From a virus (lineage: Duplodnaviria; Caudoviricetes), in IMG/VR virus record IMGVR_UViG_2851870198_000001, positions 1 through 64,000 of that record: a stretch of 64,000 nt of DNA; one strand, written 5' to 3'. Made by a program: the position numbers and the translations under genes. Shown here one piece after another: positions 36,201-48,200 of this stretch. The first letter of the stretch is position 1. Each line of letters opens with the position of its first letter. Under the pieces are notes generated by a model, which saw nothing but the letters and a program-made list of their open reading frames with translations, searched no databases and was not told the origin of the DNA.

Positions 36201-39200
36201 CCGGGCGCCTCCTTCGGCATGCTCACCACGCTGCCAATGAACGGTGTCGATGGCGCGAGCCGGTCGACGGGCAGCTCCCCGTGCTCCTGCGCCAGGCGCA
36301 CGAGCTCAGCGACAGCCCCCTCCCTCTCCTGGAAGTCCGGGTGAGGGTCCCGGGTGAACTTGCTGTAGGGCGCCCATGAGCCGCCGGTCGTGTGGATGGC
36401 GTGGCCGATCAGACGGCCGCCCATCCACACCTCGTCATAGCTTCCGGCCGGGCCGAGGTCGTCCACGGCGACCGCCTGGCGGGCGAGGTCACGCATCCGG
36501 TCGGCCGAGCCGAACCGGCGCGCGGCCGCCGCACGGTCGAGAGTCCGGCCAGCGTCGTTGTCCTGGCCGCTGCCGTCACCGCTGCGCGAGGCACCACCGT
36601 CCGGACCGTCGTCGGGCGCGTCGCTGTCGATGTCGGGCATGTGCGGGACGCGCGGCCGCGGCAGGTCCGGGCCGCCGCCTGCACCCTCGGGGCGGGGCCG
36701 GTCGTTGCCGGAGCGGTTCCGCCGCCTGCGACGGTCGTCGTCCTCCCGACCCTCCTGGTCGCCGTCCCCCTGGCGGCCACTGTCCTGGCCACTGTCGTCG
36801 TCGCCAGGACGCTGCGGGGCGTCGCCGCCGTTCGGAGGCTCACCACCCCCGCCGCTGCCGCCTTCGCGTCCCTCACGCTCCCGCTTCGGCGCCCGCTGGT
36901 CGTCGTTGTCCTCCCGCCGGCCGTCGCGACGGTCCCGCTCGTCCGTCTGCGCCGGACGGTCATCGTCCTGCTCACCGCGGCCCGTCGCAGCGTCGTGAGC
37001 GGCCACCAACCCGGCCTTGGCGAGCTCCTGGCCGTGCCACGTCCGCCGCTGACCGTCACTGGTCTCGGAGTGGTACAGCAAGACCTTCTCGCGGTCGTTC
37101 TCGATCCGGCCGATCTCTACACCGTCAACGCTGACAGTCCACTCCGCCTCACGGTCGAACTTGTCCTTCGCGATCGGGGTGAGCTCGGCGCGGGCCGCGA
37201 GAGCACTGACACGGTCAGGGCCACCGAGCTCGTACGTCTCGTCATCGACCGGCACCTCCCACTGGGTGAAGGTGTCCGTACGAGCCCGGCTCCGCGCCTT
37301 CTTGCGAACCGCCGGCTCCGGGTCCTCCACGATCACAACCCACTGATCAGGCTTCACATGGGTCTGCCCATGGTCGGAGTCCAGCGTCACCGACCGGACG
37401 TCGCCCTCACGGCCTCCGCGGTGCGTGTGAATGACGTAAGACGGCGGCTCAAGGCCGTTGAACGTGTCGTCGCCCGGCTGGCGGGACTGCGCTGCGTGGA
37501 AGATGTCTCCCTGGCGAAGGTCAGACCCCCGCGCCCACCGCATGCCCTTGGGCAGCTCCGCCTCGCCGACCTTGACCACACCGGATCCGGCCTGGGCGTC
37601 AGCGAAGGGAGCCGGCGGCGCGCCGAGCGTCGTCCGTCGGCCGTTGTCCCAGTACTGCCCGTGCCAGCGTCCGCTGTCTTCCCGCCTGGCCCATCCGGCG
37701 AACGCCGACCAGTAGGCGTCAGCGTCCGACTTGGCGGCGTGAAGGGGCCGCATGGCCTCGGGGTACGCGCCGCGCACGCCGAGCGCCACCTGGTCGGGAT
37801 TGTCACCGCCGACCACGTTGACGATGAAGTCCTCTGCCTGCTGCTCGGAAAGACCGTGCTCCGCCGCTCCAGCGCGGGCCCGCGCGATCTGCTCACGTAC
37901 GGCCGTCCGGATCTTCCCGGTGCGGTCCTTGAACATCTCCCCGGCCAGCTCGCGGGCCTTCTCCCGGCCCTTCTCGGTGGCGATGTGGTCGACCAGCACC
38001 CGACGGAGGTCCAGGCGCAGTTCCTCACCCGTCTGCTGCACAGAAGAACGCAGATCCGCAGCCAGGCCAGCGAGGTACTGACGGGCCTCCGGCGGCGCCT
38101 CTGCAAGGTTGCGCCGGGTGTTCTCGTCGTACTGCGCCAGCGGATCAACGGCAACAGCCGTGCGGAGCCACAGCCGCACTCTCTCAGGGTCCACCGACCC
38201 CAGCCAGTCCGGGCTGTGGTGGGCGAGCACGCGGTCGAGGTACGCGTTGCGCACCCCTGCCGGCTGCGGCTCCGCCCACACACCCGCCCAGCGCTTGATG
38301 CCGTCCGCCCGGCCGGTCGTATCACCGGGGAAGCCCAGCATCGGACTGTCGTTCGCCTCGGCGACCGCCAGAGCAGCCGCCTCCGCCGGGTTCGAGACAG
38401 CGGTGGCCGTGCCGGTGACCTCACCGTCTGAGGGCTGGAACCATCCGAGAGACCCGTGAACGTCGTGGTGCGCGCCAACCCACCCGCGAGAGGCGGGCCC
38501 ACCGGACGTCTGGAGAGAACCGATCCGCTCACCGTCGAGGTAGACGGCGCGACGAGTCTCGCTCATGTCGGCCCGGTCCGGGAGCGAAGAGTGGGGGACG
38601 ACGGTAGGTTCGCCGAGTTCAAGGGGCTTGCCGTCGAACTCCCCGGCCCTCTCCCGGGTCCCCTCCGCGGCCGCCGAGGGCACCGCGGGCGCGTTCTGAC
38701 CGCCGCTGCGAGCGACCCTGTCCTCCGGGACGGCCACGATGTTGTGCTGCCTGAACAGCACCGAGGGGTTGAGCTCGTCACCCCACAACGCGATGCCATC
38801 GGAGTCGAACCGCACAGGCTCGCTGCCGCGGACCACGACCTCCTTGTACATCTGGCGGCCACGGGTGCCGTGCTCCAGGAGGTCTCGGACACGGAACCGG
38901 TCACCCGGGCGCATCTCGATCGACATGGGGTCCTCGACGGCCGTCCAGCCCTCCGGCACCCGCTTACGCCTCGCGCGCTGCTCCCCCTCGTGCTCTTCCA
39001 GGCGCCGCGCCAGATCCGAGGTGTCCTCGCGTCCCGGGTTGCCCTCCGGCAGCCGCTCCACCAGGTCGCCGAGGCCCACGATGGCGTGCTCTCCGAACGT
39101 GCCCTTCTCGGACTTCGGTCGCTTGGCGGAGACGTCGAAGGTGACACGGCCGTCGTAGACCCTGACGCCCGTCACCTTGCCGACTATGCGGCCCGGACCA

Positions 39201-42200
39201 CGGCCAAAGATGTCGTCCTGGTCGACGGACACCCAGTCACCCTCACGGATCTCCGACGCTGGCACCATGTCACCGCCGTAGCGGGACGCCGCGGCCGGAG
39301 CATCGGCGCCGTCGCCCGCAGCAGTGGGGGCGGGTGCCCCCGAACGCCCGGCATCACCGCGGTGCCCGTACGGGACCCACTCCGGATTGTCGTAGTTGCC
39401 GACGACGTCCGGCTCACCGGGCGGCGGCATGGTCTGCCAGTTGAGCCACGCCCGCCGAGCCTGCGCACGGACCTTGTCCGCCGCCCTGTTGAGAACGGCC
39501 TGCTCCCGGCGGCCTTCCGGCGTCGAGGTGTCGACATCGTCCGCGGCCGCGGTGAACGCCGCGGCGATGCGCTCCATCTGCTGGTAGTTCAGGCCTCTGC
39601 TCCAGCCCTGCGCGGCCTGGCTCAGCTCAGAGTCGGAAGACTTCTCCCAGCCCTTGATCAGCTTGAAGAACTGCTCACGCTGCGCGTCGCTGAACTCGGA
39701 GTACTGGATCTCATCCCGGCCTTCCTCCGGGCGCAGGTGCCGCCAAGAGGTGTCCTGCAACGGGAGCCGCATGTGGGAGTCGCCGAGGCCGCCGTCAATC
39801 TGCTGGGCGGCTTCCCGCGGCCCATGCAGCGGGTCGGACGCAGACTCGGCCGTGCTTCCCTGGGCGGTTCCGCCGCGAGCGTCCTGCCCCAGCCACACGG
39901 AACCGCGGCGGCGCACCCAGCCGACCACATTGCCGTCCTCGTCCAGCACCTGGCCGTGGCCCTCGTCCAGGTTCAGGTTGGCCAGACGAGACCCGTAGAA
40001 GAGCTGCAGGCCTTCGGGAGACTGCGCCGCCTCCGAATCCCGCTGCCTCTTCTCCTGGCGTGCTGCTTCCTTCGCAGTGGGGGCGTCATGCTCGGCCGTA
40101 CGCGCCTCCCCGGGCATCGACAACTGCCGGGGCTCGTACGTCCGCGGAGCTCCACCGCCGTCCAGCACGATGACCTTGTCGCCGTCGGAGACGATGACGC
40201 GGCCCTCACCATTCGGAGTGACGACCCAGTCGTCCACACCCCACTGGCGGCCCGCTGCAGTCTCCGGAGCATCCGCCGAGGGGGACGGCGCCGGGTCCGG
40301 AGCCGTGTCCGCGGAGGGCGCCGGGGTGGTGCTGACGGGCTCGTAGCGGCCCTCGGCGAGAGCGCGGTCGAGCTCTTCATCCGAGGCGACCGGGAGCTGC
40401 GGCCGGCCCTGCCCGTTCAGGCGAAGCACCTGGGCCGGGCCGATCCACTGCTCGCGGTCCTGGCCGTCGACCTCGTAGCGGACGTACATGCCGGGGGCGT
40501 CGATCCGGTCGACGGTGCCGACGTTCGGGGTGCCGTCCTCCTCTTGGAAGTCGATCCGGTCGCCGACGTTGAACTCGTCCAGCACCCAGTCCCGGCGGTA
40601 GTCGCCGTTCGGCGGGAGCGTCGGGTCGTCCTCGCGGGTTGCCTGGAACACCCAGCCCAGCGAACCGGCGTCCAGGACGTCGGTGGCGCGAGTCAGGGCG
40701 ACGTACGCGACGCGCAGCGCCTCATCGTCGGGGATGGTCTCCCACTTGATGTTGCCGTGCTCGTTGTACTCCGGGCCGCGGAAGTCGTCTGCGATCCGGA
40801 CCCGCTCGGACTCCAGGCCCTTCGACTTGTGAGCCGTCGTCACGAGAACGTCGTGTTCCCGCTTCTCATCGACCAGGCGGCCGCCCTCGCTGTCCTCCTG
40901 CGGGTACAACTTCGCCAGGTGAGCGTCGATCTTCTGCTGCGCCTCCTCCAGGCTCAGCTTGTTGTCGACCTTGTGGACACCGCTGCGCCCCGAGCGCTCG
41001 TTCTTCCACGGCACATCCCGCTTGCCGGGCTCGTAGAAGTAGCGGCGGGTCGCCGGGTCGTACAGCAGCTTGCCGACGCCGTTGTTCTTCCCGTCGCCGA
41101 GCCACCGCTTGAGCTGGTCGACCTTCGGGTCGTTCCAGTCGAGATTGACCCACACGCGGCCGCCGACGTTCTCCGTCTCCGCCCGCTGCGCGCCGGACTC
41201 CAGCAGCTTGTCGATGTCGTCGGCGTGCTTCTCCAGCAGGTCGAACAGGCTCTTGAGCTGCTGCAGGTCCGGGTCGCCCTTCACGGCCTCCAGGATGTCG
41301 TCGAAGGCCATGCCGTTGAACCGGGCGAGCTCGGCATGGTCGGTGCGCTCCCCGTTGGCGAGCGCCCGGGCGGCCTGCACGAACTCCTGCAGATCCTTCA
41401 CGCCGCCGGACACGGCAACCCTGCGGCCGGCGCTGAGCGCTTCCACCGCCGCGAGCGCGACACCGGCGTTCGTACGGGCGATGACCATGGTCTCGTCGCC
41501 CGGCTTGATCGTGTCCAGGCGGGACTGCTTGCGGTCGAAGCCCTTGAGTCGCATCCGCGTGCCCAGCAGCCGCAGGAACCGGTTACCGGCGTCGGCGACG
41601 GCCGGCCCGAACCTGAACGACTGGGTGAGAGTCGCCCGCGCGTCCACTGGGAGCTTGCCCAGCGCGTCAGCGGCGCCCCGGAAGCCGTAAATGGCCTGGT
41701 TGGAGTCACCGACCGCGACGACCTGCACGCCCTGGGCCAGGGCGCCGCGGACCACGCCCTCCATGACCGGGTTGACGTCCTGCGCCTCGTCCCAGAACAG
41801 GGTGTCGGCGTCGAGTTTGTACCCGCCCAGGGCCCACATCTTGACGATGTAGTCGAAGTCCATCGTCAGGTCCTCGTCCGGGTCCCCGCGGGTGGGGTCG
41901 GTGAGGTTGTCCCACATGCGGTCAGCGAGCGGCTTCACCGCGTTGAACAGGTCGCGCCGCTCCTGCGCGCTCTTGGCGCCGGTGATGTGCTTCGGCAGCA
42001 TCTCCGCGTCGGCGGACTTGGCCCACTCGCGAATCATCCGCTCGGCGACCGTGGCCGCACCGCCCGGGGAGAGGTCCCGGTTCCCCGCCTTCACCGTGTC
42101 GTACCAGCGCATCCGGTCGGCGATCTGCTGCGCGGACAGCTTCTTGAAGCCGTTCCGCCGGTTCGACGGCAGCCGGTTGTTCAGCCGCTTGTCCGCCACC

Positions 42201-45200
42201 TTCGCCGCGTACGCGTTCGCGGTCGACGCGGTGAGGTTCTTCGCGTACTCGCCGCGAGCCTGAGCCTCACGGGCTTCCGCAGCCACCGACCGGTTGAAGG
42301 CCAGATACACGATCTTCTTGCCCGGCATGCGGTGGCTGAGCATCTTGAGCGTGGACGACTTGCCCGTGCCCGCGAGCGCCATCACCGCCATGTTCAGGCC
42401 GCGGCGGGCAGCGCCCTCGATGATGATGTTCTGCTCTTCGGTCGGCGGGTACGACTCGCGCGCCGAGGCCTCGGCGGAGATCCGCGCCCACTCCTCATCG
42501 GAGTAGCCGTGCTCCTTCGCCGCGGGCAGGTCTTCCACCCGCTCGACCAGGCCGACGGCCTCCGCGTCGTTCAGCCCGTACCCGGACAGGCGGTCGCGGA
42601 TAACGTCACCGCGGTCCCGCTCCTTCACCTTCCCGTCGTCGTCGTACTCCGGGGTCGGCTTCCAGCGGCGCCGCTCGGCGTCTTCGAGCTCGAACTTCCG
42701 CTTCTCCAGCCGGAAGCGGTAGGCCAGATCCACCGAGTCGGTCGCATCGCGCAGCGCCTCGATCCGGTCGTGGAGGTCATCGACCTCGTCCGCGATCTCC
42801 TCGTCGGTCATGTCGGCCGGCGACGTGCCCGCCACGGGGCGACTGTCCGACGGCGCGGACCGCGGCCGCTCCGCACGCTCAGGGACAGGCGAGGGGGCGG
42901 CCGGGGCCGGCTGGGGGTCCGGGGCGGCGACGGGACGCTCCTCGTTGCCCGCCGAGGTGGCAGGCGGATCGTCCTGGAACTCGCCGTCGCGGGTGCGGCC
43001 GACCACGTCGATGTACTCGACTTCCCGCTCGTCCCCGTTGCGCCCCCGCAGGATGGCCGAGTCGGGACCGGCCGAGCGGAGGAACTCGCCGCGCTGCTCG
43101 GCATTGAAGGCGCTGCGGTTCCAGAAGTGCACGGTGTCGCCGGGCTGGAAGTCGCCGCCCTCCCACGCCCGACCAGCCGACGGCGCAGCCGCCGGGCGGG
43201 TGTCGGGCTCGCTGGGCTGCGAGGTCTGGGAAGCGTCAGCCTCCGGGGCCGGGGCCGGGGCCGGGGACAGGCCGAGGCTCTCGCGGAGCGCAGCGTCGGC
43301 CTGCTGCTCGGCACGGTCGCGCTGCTCGTCCTCGCGACGGCGCTTCTCCACCGTCACCGCGTGCCGGGCAAGGTAGTCGTCCACCACCCGCATGAAGCGG
43401 GCCAGCGGCTCGGCGTCGACATCCGAGGGCAGCTCGTCGCGGAGACGCTGGGCGTGCTCGTGGGCCTCGGCGAGGCCGCCGGTGGCGTCATCGAAGTCGC
43501 CGGCCTCCTGGGCGGCGATGGCGTCGAACACCGCCGTACGCAGTGCCCGGGCGCTGCCAGGCTCCTCGCCGCGGCCGTAGGCGGCTTCCACAGCCCGGGT
43601 GATCTCACCCTGGGCCGCCTCGACACCCGCGAGGGCCTGCCGCCATTCACGGTCGTTGGCGAACGGGCGCACCGCGGGCTGCTGCCGTTCGCGGTTCCGC
43701 GGGGCCCGCTCGCGGGCCGGGGACGGCTGCGCGGCCGCGGGAGTCTCCTCCGGCTGCGGCTGGGCAGCCTGGCTGTTGTCCGCGGACTCGCCGGTGCTGG
43801 AGGCCTCACGCTCCGGGGCCTGCGCCGGCTGCTCGGGAGCAGCAGACTCGTCGGTCTGCGTCTCCGGCGCCTCAGACGCTTCGCTTTCGTCGTCCTCCGG
43901 CTCCTGGGGAGCAGTGGACTCGTCGGTCTCCGGCGCCTCGGGTGCTTCCGGCGCTTCGGTCTGCGGCGGCTCCGACGGGCGGGTGTCGCTGTCGGTGGCC
44001 GTCTCCGGGGCGTCCGTGCTGGTGTCCTCGGCCGTCGGCTCCGCGGTGCTCGCGGTCCCGACGTCACCCGCCGGGTTCTGGCCCTGCTTGCGGGCCTTGC
44101 GCCGGGTGCGGCGCTTCTGCTCGCGCTGCAGGCCGGCGTGACGCAGGATGTCCGCCTCGCTGGCCTCTTCGCGGGCTATCAGCCCGCCCAGCCGCTCGAC
44201 CTCCGACGTCAGCTCGGACTCGTTCATGGTGAGCGCGTCCGGCTGCGAGGGGGCGTTCGTCTGCCGCTGCTGGAACCGGGCCTCGAACTCCGCCCGCTTC
44301 GCAGCGAGCTTCTTGTCCCGCTCCGCGTCCCGGGCCTCGGTCGTCGGCCAGATGAAACGCACCTGGCCCTTGTCGTCCTGCGTGATCGACGGCGGGGCCG
44401 GGGTCTTCGGCGTCAGGTCGAGGTCCCGGGCGGAGACCTGCGCGAGAACGTCCTCTTCCTCCTCGCCGACCAGGGCGCGCATCTCCGCGTCGAGGGCGTC
44501 GATGGACGCCTTCTGCTGGGCGGCCGCGGCCTCCGTGCTCTGCGGCTGCGCCTTGAGACGCATCACCTCGTTGAGGATCTCGAGCTGGCGGTTGGCCTTC
44601 TCGAACTCCTCAGCGAGCTCGAAGGGCTTGCCCACGCGGACGGACGCCTGCTCGGCCGCCCGCCGCTTGTCGCTGAGCATGTCCTCCTGCCGGCGGACCT
44701 GCGCCTCCAGGTTGGCGATGGAGTCCTCGACGCGCTGCAACGGGATCCGCGGCGGCTTGCCGTCCACGTCGACCAGCTGGTGCGCCTCGTAGGTGCGGGC
44801 GCTGCCGGGGACGGCGGGGAGCTCCAGGCGCACGCCGTTGTCGTAGCGGCTGGCGTAGGAGTTCCAGGCCCGCGAGAACTTGGCGGCGATGTCGAGTCCG
44901 CCGACCTGGCCGATGATCTTCGGCGGCTCGTCGGGGTCGTACGCGCGGCGCCGGCCGTCCGCCTCGACCGCCCGCAGGGCCGCGGACAGTGCCTTGCGTG
45001 CCTCCTCGCGGCCCTCGGTCCCCGCGAAGTCGGTGCGGCCGATGCGGGCGTTGAAGTCCTCACCGCGGGTCGGCTTCCGCTTGGCGATGGCGTCCTGGAG
45101 GGTCGCCACGAGCTTCGTCGTCTGCTCCTCGGCGAGCTCCGCATCGCGGATGGCCCGCTGGAAGCCCTCCTGAGAACGCTGGTGGGCGTTGTACCGGGAC

Positions 45201-48200
45201 CGCAGCCGCTTCACGATCGGGCGGAGCTGCGCCTGAGCGATCAGGTGCGGGTCACCCGCGACCAGGGCGCTCGCCTCGTCGGCGTCGAACTTGACCTCGC
45301 CGATGTCCTCCACGACACGCTCGTTGAGCGAGCCGCGCATGAGCTGCCGGATGAACCGCGCCTTGCGGGCGATGGCCTCCCAGAACTTGGCGTCGGTGGA
45401 CCGCTCGGTGGCGTACTGGAAGATCGCGACCTCGGCGTTGGCGTTGCCCTGCCGGATGACACGCCCGTTGCGCTGCTCGACGTCGGCCGGCCGCCACGGA
45501 GCATCCACGTGGTGCAGCGCCGTCGCGCGGAGCTGCACGTTCGTGCCGGTGCCCATCTTGGCCGTGGAGCCGAGGAGCACGGACACCTTGCCGGTACGGG
45601 CCTCGTGGAACAGGCGCGCCTTGGCGGCGTCGTCCTTCGCCTCGTGGATGAACCGGATCTTCTCCGAGGGGATACCGCGCGCGATGAGGAGCTGCTTGAG
45701 CTCGTCATAGGTGGAGAAGTCGGTGTAGCCCTCGCCGTCCTCGCCCGTCGGGTCGGCGGCGTCCTCACCGTCGCCGGCCTTCTTCTTCCGCTTCTTCGTC
45801 TTGCCCGGGTCCTTCGGCGTGCCGAGGTCGAGGAAGACGATCTGCAGGCCGCCCTTCTCAGGATGCGGCGTGGGGTCGGTCTTGCTGGTCGGGTACTCGG
45901 CGTCCTTGGTCTGCTCGTGAATCCGGACGATGTTGTCCGCGACCGTCGGGAGCTTGTTGCCGCCGCCCATCTCGGGGTCGATGAGCCGCGGGTCGAGCGC
46001 GGCCATACGGCCGTCACCGAGGAGCTTGAGGTGGTTGTCCTCCTTCGGGTCGACGCGCCCGCCCGCCAGGCGGGCGGCGCGCGCCTTGATCTCCTCCTCG
46101 TAGGCTTCCTGCGCCTCCGACATCGGCATCGTGATCGTGACGGCCTTGCCGCCGGCGATGTCCGGGACGGGCAGGTCGAGGTCTTCGCTGGTCTTGACGT
46201 CGGCGAAGGCCCGCCACATCCGCAGGAGCTCCGGCACGTTCTGGAACGCCGCCAGGCGCACCTTCTCCGTGTAGGAGCCGTCCGCGCCGCGCTCCACGGC
46301 GCTGACCATCTGCCCGAACGTGGACGCGAAGTCGTCGAAGTCCATCAGGCCGAGCTGCTCAAGCAGGTCGGGGCGCAGGTAGCGCATCATCGTGTGGACT
46401 TCTGCGATGGAGTTGGCGACCGGCGTCGCCGTCGCGAACGTCACCACACGGCCGGTGGTGGACCGCTCGCGCAGCCACTCCAGCTTCATTTCCAGGTCGG
46501 AGGCCCGGTTCGAACCGTCAATGGCCGCGATGGACGACGGCGTGTCGAGGTTCTTGTACATGTGGGCTTCGTCTACGACGACGTAGTCGATGCCCATGTC
46601 CTCGAAGTGGAGGCCAGCGGCGTCCTTCATCCCGCTGAGCTTCTTGTCCAGCTTCTCCCGCAGGGTCTTGAGCTGGGTCTCCATCCGCTTGACCAGGCGG
46701 GTGTCGTTGTCCTCCCCGTCGATGGCCTTCTGCGCCTCGATCTTGGCTTCCAGGCGTTCCAGGCGGCGCCGGATGTAGGTCTCCTGCACCTCCGGACGCA
46801 TCTGGATCGACTCGAACGCGGTCTGCGTCATGATGATCGCGTCGTAGTCGCCGGCCGCAGCCCGGGCGATGAACTCGCGCCGGCCCTTGCCCGCAAGGTC
46901 GTCGCTGCTCGCGGTGAGGATCCGGTTGTTCGCCACGGACTCGGGGAAGATCTCCGCGAACTCCTGACGGAACTGATCCAGCATGTGGCCGGGCACGACG
47001 AGCGCGGCCTTCTTGACCAGGCCCAGGCGCCGGAGCTCCATGACGCCCATCGCCATCTCGGCGGTCTTACCGGCGCCGACCTCGTGGGCCAGGAGCACCG
47101 ACGGCTCATTGACCATCCGGGCGACGGCGGCGTGCTGGTGGGGGTGCGGCTTGAACCACTCGACCAGGCCCGGGATGGTGCGGCGCTGCCCGTCGTAGGA
47201 GCGGGGCGCCATCGAGTTGAACTGGTCGTTGTAGAGCCGCTTGTACTTCTCGGCGCGGTCCGGGTCGGCCCACAGCCAGTCTGTGAACGCCTCCTTGAGG
47301 AGTTCCGCCTTGGTCTTGGCGTCCTCGGTGGCCTTCGGGTCGAAAATCGAACCGTCGCGGGTCTTGACCGTGACGACGATCTTGCGGTTGGTGAGGATTG
47401 CCTCGGCGAGCTTGATCGCGTCGTAGCCGGGGGCGCTCCATGTGTCGCGGGTGCGGAAGGCGACGGCCTTCTTCACGGAGTCCGGGGCGTCGACCGCCCA
47501 CAGGGATCCGCCCTGCCAGGACACCTTGATCTGGTCGGTGCCGAGGGTTTCCCGAAGGAACTGCTGGACGGGTTCGTGCCCGAGCCAGGAGGCGCCCATC
47601 GGCGCGGCGATCTCACCGGTGGACAGGTCCGGCGGGATGACCCGCTCAAGGTGCTCGACGTTGATGTCGAAGGCGGGGTTCTCCGCCGCGGCCTCGCGGG
47701 CGGCGGTCAGCTTCTCGCGGACGTTGCCCGACAGGTAGTCGGCCGCCATGACGAGCTTGCCGTCCGGCGCCTGGAACGCCAGCGGGTACTCCACGCCGGT
47801 GTCCGGGTCGACCGACCGGGCGGCGAGGAGCTGGGCGACGGCGTCCTCGGCGTCGGTGTCCATGACCCGGGCCAGGCCGTCAGCGGTCAGCTGACCCTCG
47901 CGCTCCATGACGATCGCGAGGGCGTCCTGCGGGCTGTCCGCGAACTCGGCGATCTCCCGGTAGGTGCCCTGCCGCTTGGTGAAGATCGCGGCCCGCGTCG
48001 TCTTCTTGGTGATGTCGTCGTACTCGTCCAGCGGCGAGATGTTCGCCATCGTCGGGTCCTTGGTGAACAGACCCGCCCGCTGCGCCTTCTTGCGGTACTT
48101 CTTCTTGACCGTCTCCCCGGTCTCGGGGTCGGTGGCGGTGCGCTCGGCCCACGTGTACCGGTTGATCGCGCCGTACTTGTCGAAGTACGCCTGGTACTGC

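Noticed and set aside
36409-37059. Possible second nested gene in the R/D/G-rich linker of the giant protein
   Set aside because: GC3 bias stays in the giant frame and the alternative product is T/A/R filler, unlike the 49726..50040 case.
43760-44060. Short direct repeats (GACTCGTCGGTC, CTCCGGCGCCTC) in the giant gene
   Set aside because: Explained by the EAPE/TDES low-complexity linker between the two helicases.
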